Counted from the first letter of the stretch, positions 34,501 through 45,825 are shown. The stretch: 64,000 nucleotides of DNA from an uncultured delta proteobacterium (GCA_963796685.1 CAWCMR010000025.1:704001-768000), one strand, 5' to 3'. Notes: generated from the sequence alone by a model not told the origin. A program made the numbers and translations.

Positions 34501-37362
34501 ACAAGGTCGTGGTCTCGCTCGCCCTCGGCCCGGTCCAGAAACGTGAGTGTAGAGAGGAGTTCTTCCACCACGTCCGTCGACGGTGTTCTTCCTGCTTTAC
34601 CCTCACCGACAAGACGTCCAACCACCTCAAGACGGGCTTGATACTTCGACAACAGATCAGAGTTCGGCTGTTCCCCGGAGGTGTGAGGCCATCCGAAAAG
34701 AGCTGCCATGGCGGCATGGTCCACGACCGCATGTACAGCGTCTCTGAGTTCGCTGCCGCCATAGGCCGACTCGAACCCCCGAAGAGTTGGAGGCGGCAGT
34801 CCGTCGAGGAATGAGGTCGCTAGATCTTTCCTGGAGACTCGGAGAGCGAGCCTCGCGAAACTCCGTCTGACCCAAGGCTTCAGACCGTTCAGCGACGCCA
34901 CTGACTCCAGGTGTCGGATCGCAGTTTCGCGACCATCAGGCACGTTCAACGCGGCCCAGCCTGCACGAAGCAGCAGGTCGTCCCGGTATCCAGGATCCAC
35001 TCCGAACTGTGCAATCAGAGCGTCAATTGGGGTCGTTGGCGAGCGACGAAGGTGCCCTGCAATCGCTTCAAATCTGAGGAAGCTCCGATAGCGCTCAATG
35101 TCGAATTCGGGTTCGTGTTCCGGAGCGGGCGCCCGCAGTCGTCCCAGGGCACTATCAAACGCCACTCGATCGCGAAAGATAAGGACTCGGTTTGCCCACT
35201 CAAGAAGAGCCTCGCCCTCGTCGCCCCGAAAAGGTACCGGCTTGTGCCCAAGAAGAATTTCGGTCGGCTCAGTCTCAGCGAATAGGCGGCCTGCTTCATC
35301 TAAGTCGCCGGTGGCGACGAGGGCATCGACCAGCATATAGCCCTTGGCTTCGCCGATATTGACGCCCTCTTTACGGGCCGCCCTAAGCAGATCAGACGCC
35401 CGGCCGAATTCCCCGATATCGACAGAGAGCCTCGAAGAATTCGTTGCCGTACGCCTCCAGGCGCATGCAGGTCTCATGTCGAGCCATCATCAAATTCAGG
35501 ACGAGTCGACAATCGCGCAGCCTCTTCGCAGAGAGGAAGGCCAGACAGATGTCCCTGTGTATCTCCGGCACAGATCGTCCCTCAACAAGTTGAGAGCTAA
35601 AGTGTGCACGTGTGGCGAGGGCCGCAACCCGCGCATCGTCGTGAGCCCGAGCTCGATAACGAAGCTCCATCCACCGTTGAGGGTCCTGCGGACCGGCGTG
35701 GCAGGCCATTTCCGCCAACTCAGCGTATCGGGAGTTGATACCTGCCTCGTCGGTGAGATCGTAGCGTAGGCCGGTCTTCTCTCGGAGGAACAGTCGGAAG
35801 CTGTTGTGGAAGATCGACCACGCGTGGTCTTTGTTCCTGTTCATCAGATGGCGTGCTGCGGACCAGGCGGCCTCGGTAGCTTGACGTCCGACCATTCGCT
35901 CAAGACTTGCCGTGGTGATGGCTCCTTCGACCAGCGCAAGATAGGCAAGCGCCCGCTGCGCATCAATGTTCGAGTCCAGTTCTCGCCAGGCCCGAGAATA
36001 GACTGCTTCAACATCGTCTCCGTATGCAGGCCCGCGACGAAGCCACTCCCGCCGCGCTGTCGAGGTGTTGGCTGCAAGCAAACCTCGGATGATATAGCGC
36101 GCGGACAAGGGGTGACCTGCGCAGCGTTCGTACAGCTCAACCCTATCGACGTCAGCTGGGACCCCACATGCTGCTGCCAACGAGTGAATTGCCTCGCGGG
36201 ATAGGGGCGAAATCGTGACACAACGGTCGGGCCTTGCAGCCTGCACCGCCACCTCTCCCGGCATATCCTCACCCAGGTCTAGCCTTTGCGTACTGAGCAA
36301 GAACACCACTCCCTCAGGGACAGCATGCGGCAGCGGCAGTTCACTAAGGAAGGAACGTATTGGGGTCTCCTCGCGAGGCACATGGTCGAGGCCATCTACA
36401 AGGATCACAGTTTTGCTGCCATCCTCCTTAAATCGTCTGCTGCATGCACGCAGGGCCCCCTCGAACTGCTCCCGCAATTCCCGCAGTTCAGTCCCAGGGA
36501 CCATTTCAATCGAGTGGCTCTGTTTCAGCTGCCTGATCACGTCAGAGAGAAAGTCAGATGCCTCCGCCCGCCCCAAGCCGTGCTCCTCGGTGGGCACGAA
36601 AGCGAGATACCTCACCAGAATAGTCTGCGGAACCTGAAACACTCCAGCTGCGAGTAGAGTTGACTTGCCGGAGCCCGGCGGCCCAATCAGGCTCGCGTAG
36701 CCAGAGGACACCGTCGCAAGTACCTTCTGCAGGACACGTTGAGTGGCGGAGTTCGCCTGAAACAGACCGTCGACTGGAAACTGCCCGCTGTGCCGAAGTA
36801 CGCTTGGGTCACGCCAACCCAGCTCCCTCAGCAGCTCCGATTTCGTCCAGCGATTCTTTTTGCCAGATTCTGCCACCAGGCGCGGTATGCAATTCGCAAT
36901 CTCTCGGATGCGCCGGACATCCCCGTCGCTGGGATCAAGAATTCCGAGAGTCCGTCCGTCCTGGCTAGTAACAAAATGCAAGTTGCGCCAGACAATCTCG
37001 AACTCACCGTCGGACAAGCCCGCGCCTACGAGCAGTTCATCAACCAGTGCCGCGTAGGGTGAACATCGCCAATCAGCAAGGTTCCACCGGAGCCGCTCGT
37101 CCGCAAGCACTTGCAGCAGTTGCGCAGAAGATACCCTCTGCGCGCCCCCGCCCACGTCGTCGTCTTCGCTGGGTGAGTCGTCACAGACGTAGACCGTCTC
37201 GATAGGAACGTTCTGGGGGAAGACGCCAAGGTCTCGACGCGAGTCAATGATCTTCCGCCAGAGCCCCTTCGCGCCCAGCAGTACTGTCTTGGCGTTGAAC
37301 GACCCTGGATCTCGCGTCGTCTTCACCTGGTAGGCAATCACCTTGCCGTGCAGCCCTAGGAC
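31572..37362 (-). pseudogene. Very large nuclease-STAND/NACHT-like ATPase (Avs-like), 5'-truncated by IS4, frameshift near 35425
   Basis: AYQVK nuclease-like motif, Walker A GPPGSGKST, Walker B ILVDGLDH, GHPL; ORFs 35392-37383 and 31572-35477 join as FFEAL/VDIGEF if one base is removed. Confidence 0.8.
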
Positions 37363-37375
37363 CAATGCCAGTCGG

Positions 37376-38698
37376 TTAAGCATTTGAAGGCCGTTTTCTC
37401 GGGAAATTGCTCATTTTGATCTTCACGGCCCGTGGATATCTGCGGGCCGTGCGCCGCTCTGGGAGAACAAGGCTGGTGAAGAGCTCTCGCATGGTCTTGA
37501 GGCGAGTAGGCAAAGCGCCGGGCGAGGCGAGCGCACACCATGACCAGGTGTCACAGATGATCCGAAGTGACGTGACGAAGCTGATGCGCGTGGGCTCGAC
37601 GCCGAAATCGTCGGCAGTCCTTTCCATTTCGAGGCGAATCAAGTTGTACGCGAGAAGAATGCCCCACAATTCCTGCTCGACGCCAGCGACGCTGCGGCAG
37701 CGGATGCTTTCGAGACGGTCGAGCATATCGGTCTTGATTTCGCCATAGCCCAGTTCCAGCTCCCAGCGCTCGTGATAAAGGCGGGCGACCTCGGCAGCGG
37801 GGAAGGCGTCGGGGTCGAGCATCGAGGTGAGCACGATCTGAGGACGGAATCCCTTCACCTGGTAGGTGATCGCACGTGCCAGATAGGTCGCTGGCAAACT
37901 TGGGTCCTGCTTTCGCGCCTCGCGCGAAACCGTCAACTCGACCAGGTCGTCGTTCTTCCCGAGGTGCTCCACGACGCGCCATTTTGTGGTCGACTTGGCG
38001 CGAGTCAGCCAATGGCGATTCTTTCCATCGCGGGCCAGCGGCACCAGGATTCCGGCTGCCAGGAAGCCGCGGTCGACCATCACCAGCGCATTGTCCGGCA
38101 CGGCTCGCCACAGAAACGCGCTCAGCGTGATTTCACTGTCTTCGTAGGGGCCGAATTCGGCGGCCACCAGAATGTGCGAACGCAACGCCATCAACGCGGC
38201 GATTCGAACCAGCGGATAGCCACTGTCGCCTCGGTCGCCTCGGGTTCCACCGAAATGAGCGCGATTTTCCGGAGAGTCTGCCACGCGAAGCGTGGACCCA
38301 TCCACACCGTAGAGCGCCAGGCCTCTCCATGCGTGCTTGCGCGCGCTCTCGTGGCCCCACTTCTGAGCGCTCATCTCGAAGATCCGTTCCAGCGGCTCGG
38401 CACCAACGCGCGCCCGAGCCTCAGCGACCGTGCTGGGAACAACCGTTGCTCGTGGTCCAGGCAGAACCAAATTCAGCTTCCCAACCAAGTCCGCAATAGG
38501 CCACTTCCGAAACATGGCCATTCCAATCACCAGCCACACCACCTGGTCGGCTGGAAGCCGTCGCTTTCGCACCGTGGCTGTTCCAGTCGCCGCCAGAGCC
38601 TCGGCCACCCACGCAGGGTCAATGTGCTGCCTGATGCTCTCGAACTGCTCGGGCGCCGTGAATACGCTTACCGTCTTGAGGGAACTATCCAGATGCAT
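37376..38698 (-). CDS. IS4-family transposase
   Basis: RKRRLPA..VVW, GVDGS, VDRGF and YHERWELE...EIK (YREK) motifs. Confidence 0.93.
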   Translation of the reverse strand: MHLDSSLKTVSVFTAPEQFESIRQHIDPAWVAEALAATGTATVRKRRLPADQVVWLVIGMAMFRKWPIADLVGKLNLVLPGPRATVVPSTVAEARARVGAEPLERIFEMSAQKWGHESARKHAWRGLALYGVDGSTLRVADSPENRAHFGGTRGDRGDSGYPLVRIAALMALRSHILVAAEFGPYEDSEITLSAFLWRAVPDNALVMVDRGFLAAGILVPLARDGKNRHWLTRAKSTTKWRVVEHLGKNDDLVELTVSREARKQDPSLPATYLARAITYQVKGFRPQIVLTSMLDPDAFPAAEVARLYHERWELELGYGEIKTDMLDRLESIRCRSVAGVEQELWGILLAYNLIRLEMERTADDFGVEPTRISFVTSLRIICDTWSWCALASPGALPTRLKTMRELFTSLVLPERRTARRYPRAVKIKMSNFPRKRPSNA

Positions 38699-38762
38699 GA
38701 CCTTCTCCATCGAAGATCGATGCATGGTGACTTCGCTTCTTGCCTAAAGGCAAGAAGCGAAG

Positions 38763-38771
38763 TTATCCACA
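38763..38771 (+). promoter_or_regulatory. Consensus DnaA box within the IS4 transposase promoter region
   Basis: TTATCCACA followed by GATC at 38781, 38791 and 38810; function not shown. Confidence 0.4.
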
Positions 38772-38820
38772 GGAATTCCTGATCAATTTCGATCACTTAC
38801 GCGCTAACCGATCGGCATTG

Positions 38821-40622
38821 TCCTTAGCCCCGAGGAGCTGGCAGATCTGGAAGACGGCGGCGAGGTCAGCGCGGAAGACATCCTGGCGGCGCAAATGTCG
38901 GCGCGCGCGAACGAGTCCGGGATTACCTACGTCGCCTTCACGGCCACGCCCAAGGTGAAGACCATGGAGCTGTTCGGTACGCGCCCAGACCCCACGCGGC
39001 CGGCTGGTCCGGGCAACCTGCCCACGCCTTTTCACGTGTACTCGATGAGGCAGGCTATCGAGGAAAAGTTCATCCTCGATGTCCTTCAAAACTACACGCC
39101 GTACCGCCTGGCCTTCAGGTTGGCACACGAGGGTAAGGACTACGACGAGACCACGGTCGAGCGCAGCGCTGCCGTGAAGAGCATCATGGGCTGGGTCCGG
39201 CTGCATCCGTACAACATCGCGCAGAAGGTGCAGGTCGTGGTCGAGCACTTCCGGACCTTCGTGGCACCGCTGCTGAATGGCAAGGCCAAGGCCATGGTGG
39301 TGGTGGGCAGCCGCATCGAGGCCGTGCGCTGGAAGCTGGCCATCGAAAAGTACATCAAGGCGTGCGGGTATACGATTGGCACCCTGGTGGCTTTCTCGGG
39401 CGAGGTGAACGACAAGGAATCCGGCCCTGATCCCTTCACGGAAACCAGCCGCGACTTGAACCCCCGCCTGAATGGCCGCGAGATCCGCAAAGCCTTCGAG
39501 GGCGACGAATACCAAATCCTGCTGGTGGCGAACAAGTTCCAGACCGGCTTCGACCAGCCCCTGCTGTGTGGCATGTACGTGGACCGGCGTCTGGCCGGCA
39601 TCCAGGCCGTGCAGACGCTGTCCCGCTTGAATCGCGCCTATCCCGACAAGACAACCTACGTGGTGGATTTCGTGAACGACCCCGAGGAAGTCCTTGCGGC
39701 CTTCAAGACCTACCACGCGACGGCGGAGCTGTCGGCGGCCACCGACCCGAACATCGTCTATGACCTGCGCGCCAAGCTGGACGCCGCCGGCCACTACGAC
39801 GACTTCGAGGTGGATCGCGTGGTGGCGGTGGAGCTGAAGCCGGACGCGACCCAGGGCGAGCTGCTGAAGGCGCTGGAGCCGGTCGTCGACCGACTGATGA
39901 AGCGCTACAAGGCCGCGCAAGAGGCGCTACGGGCAGCCAGAGACCGCAAGGACGAATCCGCCGCCAAGGCCGCCCGCGACGAGCAGGCCTCGCTGACCCT
40001 GTTCAAGACCGACATGGGAGCGTTCGTGCGTCTGTACACGTTCCTGTCCCAGATTTTCAACTACGGCAACACGGCCATCGAGAAGCGCGCCATCTTCTAC
40101 AAGCGCCTGATACCCCTGCTGGAATTCGGCCGCGAGCGCGAGGGCATCGACCTATCGAAGGTGGTGCTGACCCACCACCACCTGCGCGATCTCGGCAAGC
40201 GCACGCTGCCCTTGCAGGTCGGCGACAAGCCCTTGCTCGACCCCATCAAGGAATCGGGCAGCGGCATGGTGCAAGAACCCCAGAAGGTCTACATGGCCGA
40301 GGTCATCGCCAAGCTGAACGAGGTGTTCGGTGATGACACCAGCATCGACGACCAACTGGTCTACGTGAATCACGTGCTCATGGGGAAGCTGATGGAATCG
40401 GAAACCCTGCGGCAGCAAGCGACGAGCAACACCAAGGAACAGTTCGGCAATTCCCCGGACCTGAACAGCGAGCTGATGAACGCCGTGATGGACGCGCAGG
40501 AAGCGCACACCACCATGAGCACCAAGGTGCTGAATTCGGCAGCGGTGCTGGCGGGAATCAAGGATATCCTGCTCAACCATTCGCGCCTTTGGGAAGCCTT
40601 GCGCGGGCAACAGAACCCATGA
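38821..40622 (+). pseudogene. hsdR: Type I restriction subunit R, C-terminal part only
   Basis: AFTATPK, YSMRQAIEE.FILDV, KFQTGFDQP and QTLSRLNR motifs; frame begins at the IS4 end and lacks the nuclease, Walker A and DEAH motifs. Confidence 0.9.
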
Positions 40623-41578
40623 AGCGCGCTACGGTGGCAGTCGTCGTTGGCTTCCTGCTCGCCCTTTCCGGGCTCTTCCTGCTCGCGTTTTTCCCACTGC
40701 GGGATCCCTACGTCTGGGGATATTGGCAGGAGCACGGCCAGGTATTCTCGCAAGAGGTCCTGGTCGAGAAGATCGAAGAGGCGTCTCCGGCTGAAGCGGA
40801 GCGCTTCATTTCCGAGGTATGTGACGAGCCCGTGCGGTTTCGCCAGGGCGACGAAACCATCCAGACGATGGTGTGGCCCGACCCAACCCTTGTCCGCCAC
40901 TTTTTCTTGAGAAGCCCCTTTGCCGGCGTCGTCTGGGTGACGGTCATTTCGCCCCAATACGCATGCTCTGCCCGGTTTCGCGTCACGCTCAAGTGGCACC
41001 GCTGCAGCAACAAGGAGTTGGATAGCGAGCACACACTGGCCAGCGAGGGCGAGGACGAACCGACAAACAAGATCATTTGCACGGCGGGCGATCTGCGCAT
41101 GACGGACATTCGTCTGTTGGCTCGCGAGCGCAGGCGATCCGATGCGCCCCCCGGCATGCAGCCGCTGATGTTGGGTGAGCGCGTGCTCGGGAAACTCTCC
41201 TCCGGAGAGTCTGCCAGGTTTCGCGCCATCGCCCCGGATGTGGGGCAGAACGTCGTGATCGATGCGCACGCGGTGGGGTTTACGTATCCGCCACCCGCCG
41301 ACGAGCTCTCCGACAGGGTCACGTTTTCCGTGGAACGGAACGGCCAACGCATCGATCTGAATGGCCCTCCTGGCAAGGTCGATCCGGCCCTGCTTCCCGG
41401 CGCTGCTTTCGCCCAAGGTGGAGGAACGTTCGACATCACCGTGCACGGCCCGAAGCATGGGACCGGCAGCTACTGCCTCGTCGTGACCTGGAATGCGAGC
41501 CTGGGGACACCTTCCTGCGCCATCGTGGACTTGAACATGAGGGCGGGCGCGTCCATCCCCGGCATTCCCACGCGATGA
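40619..41578 (+). CDS. Hypothetical protein with N-terminal TM segment
   Basis: ATGA overlap with hsdR stop; hydrophobic N-terminus. Confidence 0.55.
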   Translation: MKRATVAVVVGFLLALSGLFLLAFFPLRDPYVWGYWQEHGQVFSQEVLVEKIEEASPAEAERFISEVCDEPVRFRQGDETIQTMVWPDPTLVRHFFLRSPFAGVVWVTVISPQYACSARFRVTLKWHRCSNKELDSEHTLASEGEDEPTNKIICTAGDLRMTDIRLLARERRRSDAPPGMQPLMLGERVLGKLSSGESARFRAIAPDVGQNVVIDAHAVGFTYPPPADELSDRVTFSVERNGQRIDLNGPPGKVDPALLPGAAFAQGGGTFDITVHGPKHGTGSYCLVVTWNASLGTPSCAIVDLNMRAGASIPGIPTR

Positions 41579-41580
41579 GG

Positions 41581-42126
41581 CTACGACTCGTCGGCCGCCG
41601 CCGGTTTCAGCAATTTGGCTTGGCGACGGGCGACGATGCACAGCAGGACGACCGGGACCGGGGCGACCACCAGGGTAATCGGTACGGCCGTCATCAGGAC
41701 CAAGACAGAAGCTCCTGCGGAATCGGCTCCGCCTTCGGCGATGCTTCCCAGCGCTTCACCGAACCACGCGAACCTGACCGTGACCAGTACCGCCACCGTT
41801 AGAACGGACGGCAAGGACAGGACCCAAGCAGCGAGCGTAGCCAGGAATACCAACCATCCCGACCGCCCCCGGGTGCTCGCCACGAGCCCAACCTGCGCCG
41901 CGATGGTGAGGACGGCGCTACCCATGCAAGTCACGAGGCCCAGCCACCAACCGGTACGCGCGACCGGCCAATACACCAGGTTGAACACCGGGCATAGTGC
42001 CGCGGTGGCCAGGCCGACGTACAGTCCCAGTGTCGCCCTCTGGAGCCTGGTGGATTCTGCACCTGGCTCGGCTGTTCTTGGCTCCCCCGCCGGCGCATCG
42101 CTGTCGCCATGAACCTGTGACGTCAT
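41581..42126 (-). CDS. Hypothetical membrane protein (about 4 TM)
   Basis: Four hydrophobic segments; start uncertain. Confidence 0.5.
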   Translation of the reverse strand: MTSQVHGDSDAPAGEPRTAEPGAESTRLQRATLGLYVGLATAALCPVFNLVYWPVARTGWWLGLVTCMGSAVLTIAAQVGLVASTRGRSGWLVFLATLAAWVLSLPSVLTVAVLVTVRFAWFGEALGSIAEGGADSAGASVLVLMTAVPITLVVAPVPVVLLCIVARRQAKLLKPAAADES

Positions 42127-42179
42127 GGTCGCGAATGTACCCCACGATGGTACCGTCATCCGTGGCAAACTGGGGGGCG

Positions 42180-43049
42180 ATGTTCCCCGCGCGACCACCC
42201 TTTCACCACCTCATCGGCCGTCATGCCACGCTGGAGATCCGGCGCTTCGGCAGCCCGGGCGCCTTTCTCGCCGAGAGGGGCGCCGCCTCGGACGCCGACG
42301 TGCTCTTGCTGCTTGGCCCGGAGATCCCGCCCGGTGCGCGCGAGGGCGACGAGGTGGCCGTGTTCGTGACCTTGGACTCCGAGGCGCGCCCGCTGGCCAC
42401 CACCAAGACGCCCAAGCTGGCGCTGGGCGAGGTCGCCTTTCTCACCGTGACCGCGTGCACGGATTTCGGCGCCTTCGTGGACTGGGGAATGCCCAAGGAA
42501 TTGCTCGTGCCCTTCGCCCAGCAGACGAAGGATCTGCGGGTGGGGGACGCGCATCCCATTGGCCTGTACCTGGACAACACCAGTCGCCTGGCGGGAACCA
42601 TGCGCATAAGCGAGCTGCTCGGCGTGGGAAGCCGCGAATTCGCGCGCGGCGAGTGGGTCGAGGGCGAGGTCTGGCGCCAGGATCCCGAGATCGGGCTGTT
42701 CGTCATCGTCGAGCGCGGCTTCGTGGGCCTGGTGCCGAAGCACGAACCGCAGACGCTCGCGCGCGGGCAAGCGGCGCGTTTTCGCGTGACCCATGTCCAC
42801 CCCGACGGCAAGATCGAGCTGTCGCCGCGCGGCCGTGCCCACGAAGAGCTGGAGAGCGACGGCGAGAAGATTCTGCAACTGCTCAAGCGACCGGGCGCAC
42901 CCAAGCTGGGCGACAAGTCCGACCCCGAGCAGATCCGCGCCCTGTTCGGCCTGAGCAAGAAGGCCTTCAAGCGCGCCGTGGGAAGACTCTTGCGCGAACG
43001 CCTGGTCGACGTCGACGAACAGGGTTTCGTGCGCGTGCTGTCCGGTTAG
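42180..43049 (+). CDS. cvfB: CvfB-family S1 RNA-binding protein
   Basis: FGAFVDWGMPKELLVP and DKSDPEQI...FG.SKKAFKRAVG.L motifs; start uncertain. Confidence 0.88.
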   Translation: MFPARPPFHHLIGRHATLEIRRFGSPGAFLAERGAASDADVLLLLGPEIPPGAREGDEVAVFVTLDSEARPLATTKTPKLALGEVAFLTVTACTDFGAFVDWGMPKELLVPFAQQTKDLRVGDAHPIGLYLDNTSRLAGTMRISELLGVGSREFARGEWVEGEVWRQDPEIGLFVIVERGFVGLVPKHEPQTLARGQAARFRVTHVHPDGKIELSPRGRAHEELESDGEKILQLLKRPGAPKLGDKSDPEQIRALFGLSKKAFKRAVGRLLRERLVDVDEQGFVRVLSG

Positions 43050-43060
43050 AATATCGAGGC

Positions 43061-43606
43061 ATGTGGAGGAAGCGCATCGCCAGCACCTTGAGCCTGGGCG
43101 CCTTGGTGTGGGCCATGACCGTCCTGGTCGCCATCGTGACCACGGTCGGCGCCGCACGCTTGGGGAAGGGGTGGGGGAGCGCAGCGTTCGCCATGGCCCT
43201 CGCCGTCGCGTGCACGCTCGTGCCGTGGATGAGGGCCCGGGTGGTGCGCGCGGTGGCGACACGGCGCGATCGCATCGACGGCCGGCTGACCATAGACGGC
43301 TGGGGCGTCACCCGCGCGGCGGGGGAGCGCCGCGCGGCGGTGGCCTGGAAGGATCTCGTGTCGGTTCGCATCCGCACCACCAGCGACGGCCCGGCCGCCG
43401 AGGACATGTTCTTCGTGCTCGACGGCGCCGACGGCCCGGCCTGCGTCGTTCCCAACCGCCTCGCCGTGGCGTCGCGACTGCTGACGGCGCTGCAAGAGCG
43501 CCTGCCCGATCTCGACAACAAGGAAGTCGCCCGTGCCGCCGGGGTTTGCACCGAGGCCTGGTTCACGATTTGGACGCGCCCACCTCGATGCCCACCAGAC
43601 GCATGA
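43061..43606 (+). CDS. Hypothetical membrane protein
   Basis: Two TM helices then W..L..V.I.TT.DGP..ED.FF domain. Confidence 0.6.
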   Translation: MWRKRIASTLSLGALVWAMTVLVAIVTTVGAARLGKGWGSAAFAMALAVACTLVPWMRARVVRAVATRRDRIDGRLTIDGWGVTRAAGERRAAVAWKDLVSVRIRTTSDGPAAEDMFFVLDGADGPACVVPNRLAVASRLLTALQERLPDLDNKEVARAAGVCTEAWFTIWTRPPRCPPDA

Positions 43607-45374
43607 GATCGAGGGCGTTCCGACGCGTGACCACGCCGGGGCGCAGGAGATAGTCGAAGAGCAGGCGGTCGTCTTCCAGGGTGTCTTGGAAGTGTACGTT
43701 CCTGCCTGGGCCGCGTTGGCTGTCGGCCAATGCGCTCAGCGCCAGATCGTGCGTGGTGACCAATCCGACGGCGCCACGGTCGAGGAGCTGGCGAATGATG
43801 GCCTCGGCTCCCTCGCGGCGATCTTGCGAATTCGTGCCGTTGAGGATTTCGTCGAGCAGGAAGAGCACGGGTGGCGCGTGCGTGGCCAGGGACAGGATCT
43901 GGTGCAGGCGTTTGATCTCGGCGAAGAAGCGCGACACGCCCGCTTCCAGGGAATCCTGGGCGCGCAGGGAGGCGCCGAGCTGCAGCGGCGTCAGGGTCAT
44001 GCCGGCCGCGCACACGGGGGCCCCGGCCTGGGCCAGCACCGCGTTCACCCCCACCGTGCGCAAGAGGGTGCTCTTGCCCGACATGTTGGAACCCGTGACC
44101 ACCAGCAGCCGGCACCCTACATCGAGGCGCACGTCGTTAGCCACCCGCGCGCTGGCGGGGATGAGCGGATGGCCCAAGGCGGTCGCCGCGAAGGACGGAG
44201 GATCGCCCTGCTCGGCAACCTGCGGAAACGGGTAGTCGGGGTGCTCGAACGCGAAGGTGGCCAGCGAGGTCAGCGCCTCCACTTCCGCGAGAGTTGCCAG
44301 CCAGCGCATGGCCGCGGCGCCGTGCCGGGCGCGCCACGATTCGATGGCGAAGCTCAATTGCTCGGGCAAGAGCAGAACCGCTGCCGGGATGGCGAACAAC
44401 TGATTGCGCCGCGACTCCAGCCAGTTCACCAGGCGCTCCAGACGAACGATATGGCGGCTCGCCGGTTTGCCCTCGTCGGACAGGCCGGCCACCAGGGCCG
44501 CCAGGCGCGGGTCGGAGAAGCGCTCGCCGCAAAGGCGATCGATCGAGCGGGCGATGACCTTGAGCTCGTAGGCGCGGCGAAAGACCTGGGCTTCCACCGC
44601 CTTGGTCAGCCCGCGGTAGCGCGCGGCCCACAGCCGCTGCACGAGCACGATGGCCACCGCGAGGGGGATCGCTTCCGGGTTGGCAAACGCGTAGAGCACG
44701 GCCAAGCCGAGCGCGCCGAGCAGGCCGGTGGCCATGCGCTGCCACGCCGGCATCCTGGTGGTCGCCCGTGACAGCCAGTCCTCCAAGGCGTCCTCTCTTA
44801 CGCGCTCGTTCACCGTGCCTCCGGCCAGCCAGAGATCCTGGCGCAGGGATAGGTGCTTGCTCAGCTCGGCGACCGCCCGTTGACGACCGGCGATGTCTTC
44901 GACCGAGGCTGCCTGGATCAACCAATGCGCCAGCTTCGCTTGCCCGCTTCCGGTTCTGGCCATGCACAGATGCGAGAAGATCGACGACGGTCCGAAGATG
45001 TCCAGGTCCCCCGTGTACGGATGCGCGGGATCGACGAAACGTTGTCCATCCGGCGCACCCTTGACGGCGCGTCCTTGCACCCGGGCCAGTCCGTCCTCGC
45101 AATAGCGAACCCGCGCTTCGTGCCGCTTGCTCCGGTGCTCCACCAGCGCGATCGCGATGGTGAGCGCGACGAACACGACGGCACTGACTATGGCAGCCTG
45201 CCCGAAGTACCCGTGCCGCGAGCACGCCTCGCCGGCCAGCACGATCCCGGCCACGAGATCCGCGATACGAACCCGCACCAGCCAGGTCAACCAGCGCCGA
45301 AGACGCCCGAGGTGTCCCTGTTCCGCGGCCAAACAGCGCGCGTACGTGGCGCCGGGATCGTCCTCGCTCTTCAT
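43563..45374 (-). CDS. MutS-related ATPase (domain V only) with TM segments
   Basis: DLDIFG..S, TGSNMSGKST.LR, S.FFAEI.R, LLDEI..GTNS and TTHD motifs. Confidence 0.9.
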   Translation of the reverse strand: MKSEDDPGATYARCLAAEQGHLGRLRRWLTWLVRVRIADLVAGIVLAGEACSRHGYFGQAAIVSAVVFVALTIAIALVEHRSKRHEARVRYCEDGLARVQGRAVKGAPDGQRFVDPAHPYTGDLDIFGPSSIFSHLCMARTGSGQAKLAHWLIQAASVEDIAGRQRAVAELSKHLSLRQDLWLAGGTVNERVREDALEDWLSRATTRMPAWQRMATGLLGALGLAVLYAFANPEAIPLAVAIVLVQRLWAARYRGLTKAVEAQVFRRAYELKVIARSIDRLCGERFSDPRLAALVAGLSDEGKPASRHIVRLERLVNWLESRRNQLFAIPAAVLLLPEQLSFAIESWRARHGAAAMRWLATLAEVEALTSLATFAFEHPDYPFPQVAEQGDPPSFAATALGHPLIPASARVANDVRLDVGCRLLVVTGSNMSGKSTLLRTVGVNAVLAQAGAPVCAAGMTLTPLQLGASLRAQDSLEAGVSRFFAEIKRLHQILSLATHAPPVLFLLDEILNGTNSQDRREGAEAIIRQLLDRGAVGLVTTHDLALSALADSQRGPGRNVHFQDTLEDDRLLFDYLLRPGVVTRRNALDLMRLVGIEVGASKS

Positions 45375-45444
45375 GCTGGCCGCAGACTACCAGAGCCTCG
45401 GCGAGTCGCGTTCACTCCTTGCGCGTCGAGGGCCGCAAGGACCG

Positions 45445-45825
45445 TCACGCTTCGTGAACCGTCTTGTCGGCGGCCAGGGCCCCGACCTGCGCGCGGAAGT
45501 CGTCCACCCGCTGGCGTGCCCCGCGGAAGTACGCGCCCAGGCTGTCGTAGGTGCCAATCGTTCTGGGGATCACCGTCGACAAGTGGCAGCGGTGGCAGGA
45601 GAGCAGATCGCTGTCCTCGGAACAGGGGTGGCGATACACCTCGCCGAAACAAGTGCGGTGGATCGCGACCAGGGCCGGCGTTCCGGTCGCCCGGTTCGGC
45701 ATCGGGATCCGGTCGTTGCCGCGGGCCGCCCGCAGAAACACCTTCAAGGGCGGCGAGTCCAGCCGGGCTGCTCCCACGGGCAGGACGATCTCCGGGAATC
45801 TCCCGGACAGAGACGTTCCTGCCAT
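45445..45825 (-). CDS. Possible small hypothetical protein with Cys/His cluster
   Basis: H..C...C..C pattern; weak support only. Confidence 0.3.
   Translation of the reverse strand: MAGTSLSGRFPEIVLPVGAARLDSPPLKVFLRAARGNDRIPMPNRATGTPALVAIHRTCFGEVYRHPCSEDSDLLSCHRCHLSTVIPRTIGTYDSLGAYFRGARQRVDDFRAQVGALAADKTVHEA

Larger units (their letters stand above)
37363..38820 (-). mobile_element. IS4-family insertion sequence, 1458 bp, no target duplication
   Basis: IRs CAATGCCAGTCGGTTA / CAATGCCGATCGGTTA; flanks differ (GCCCTAGGAC vs TCCTTAGCCC). Confidence 0.9.
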
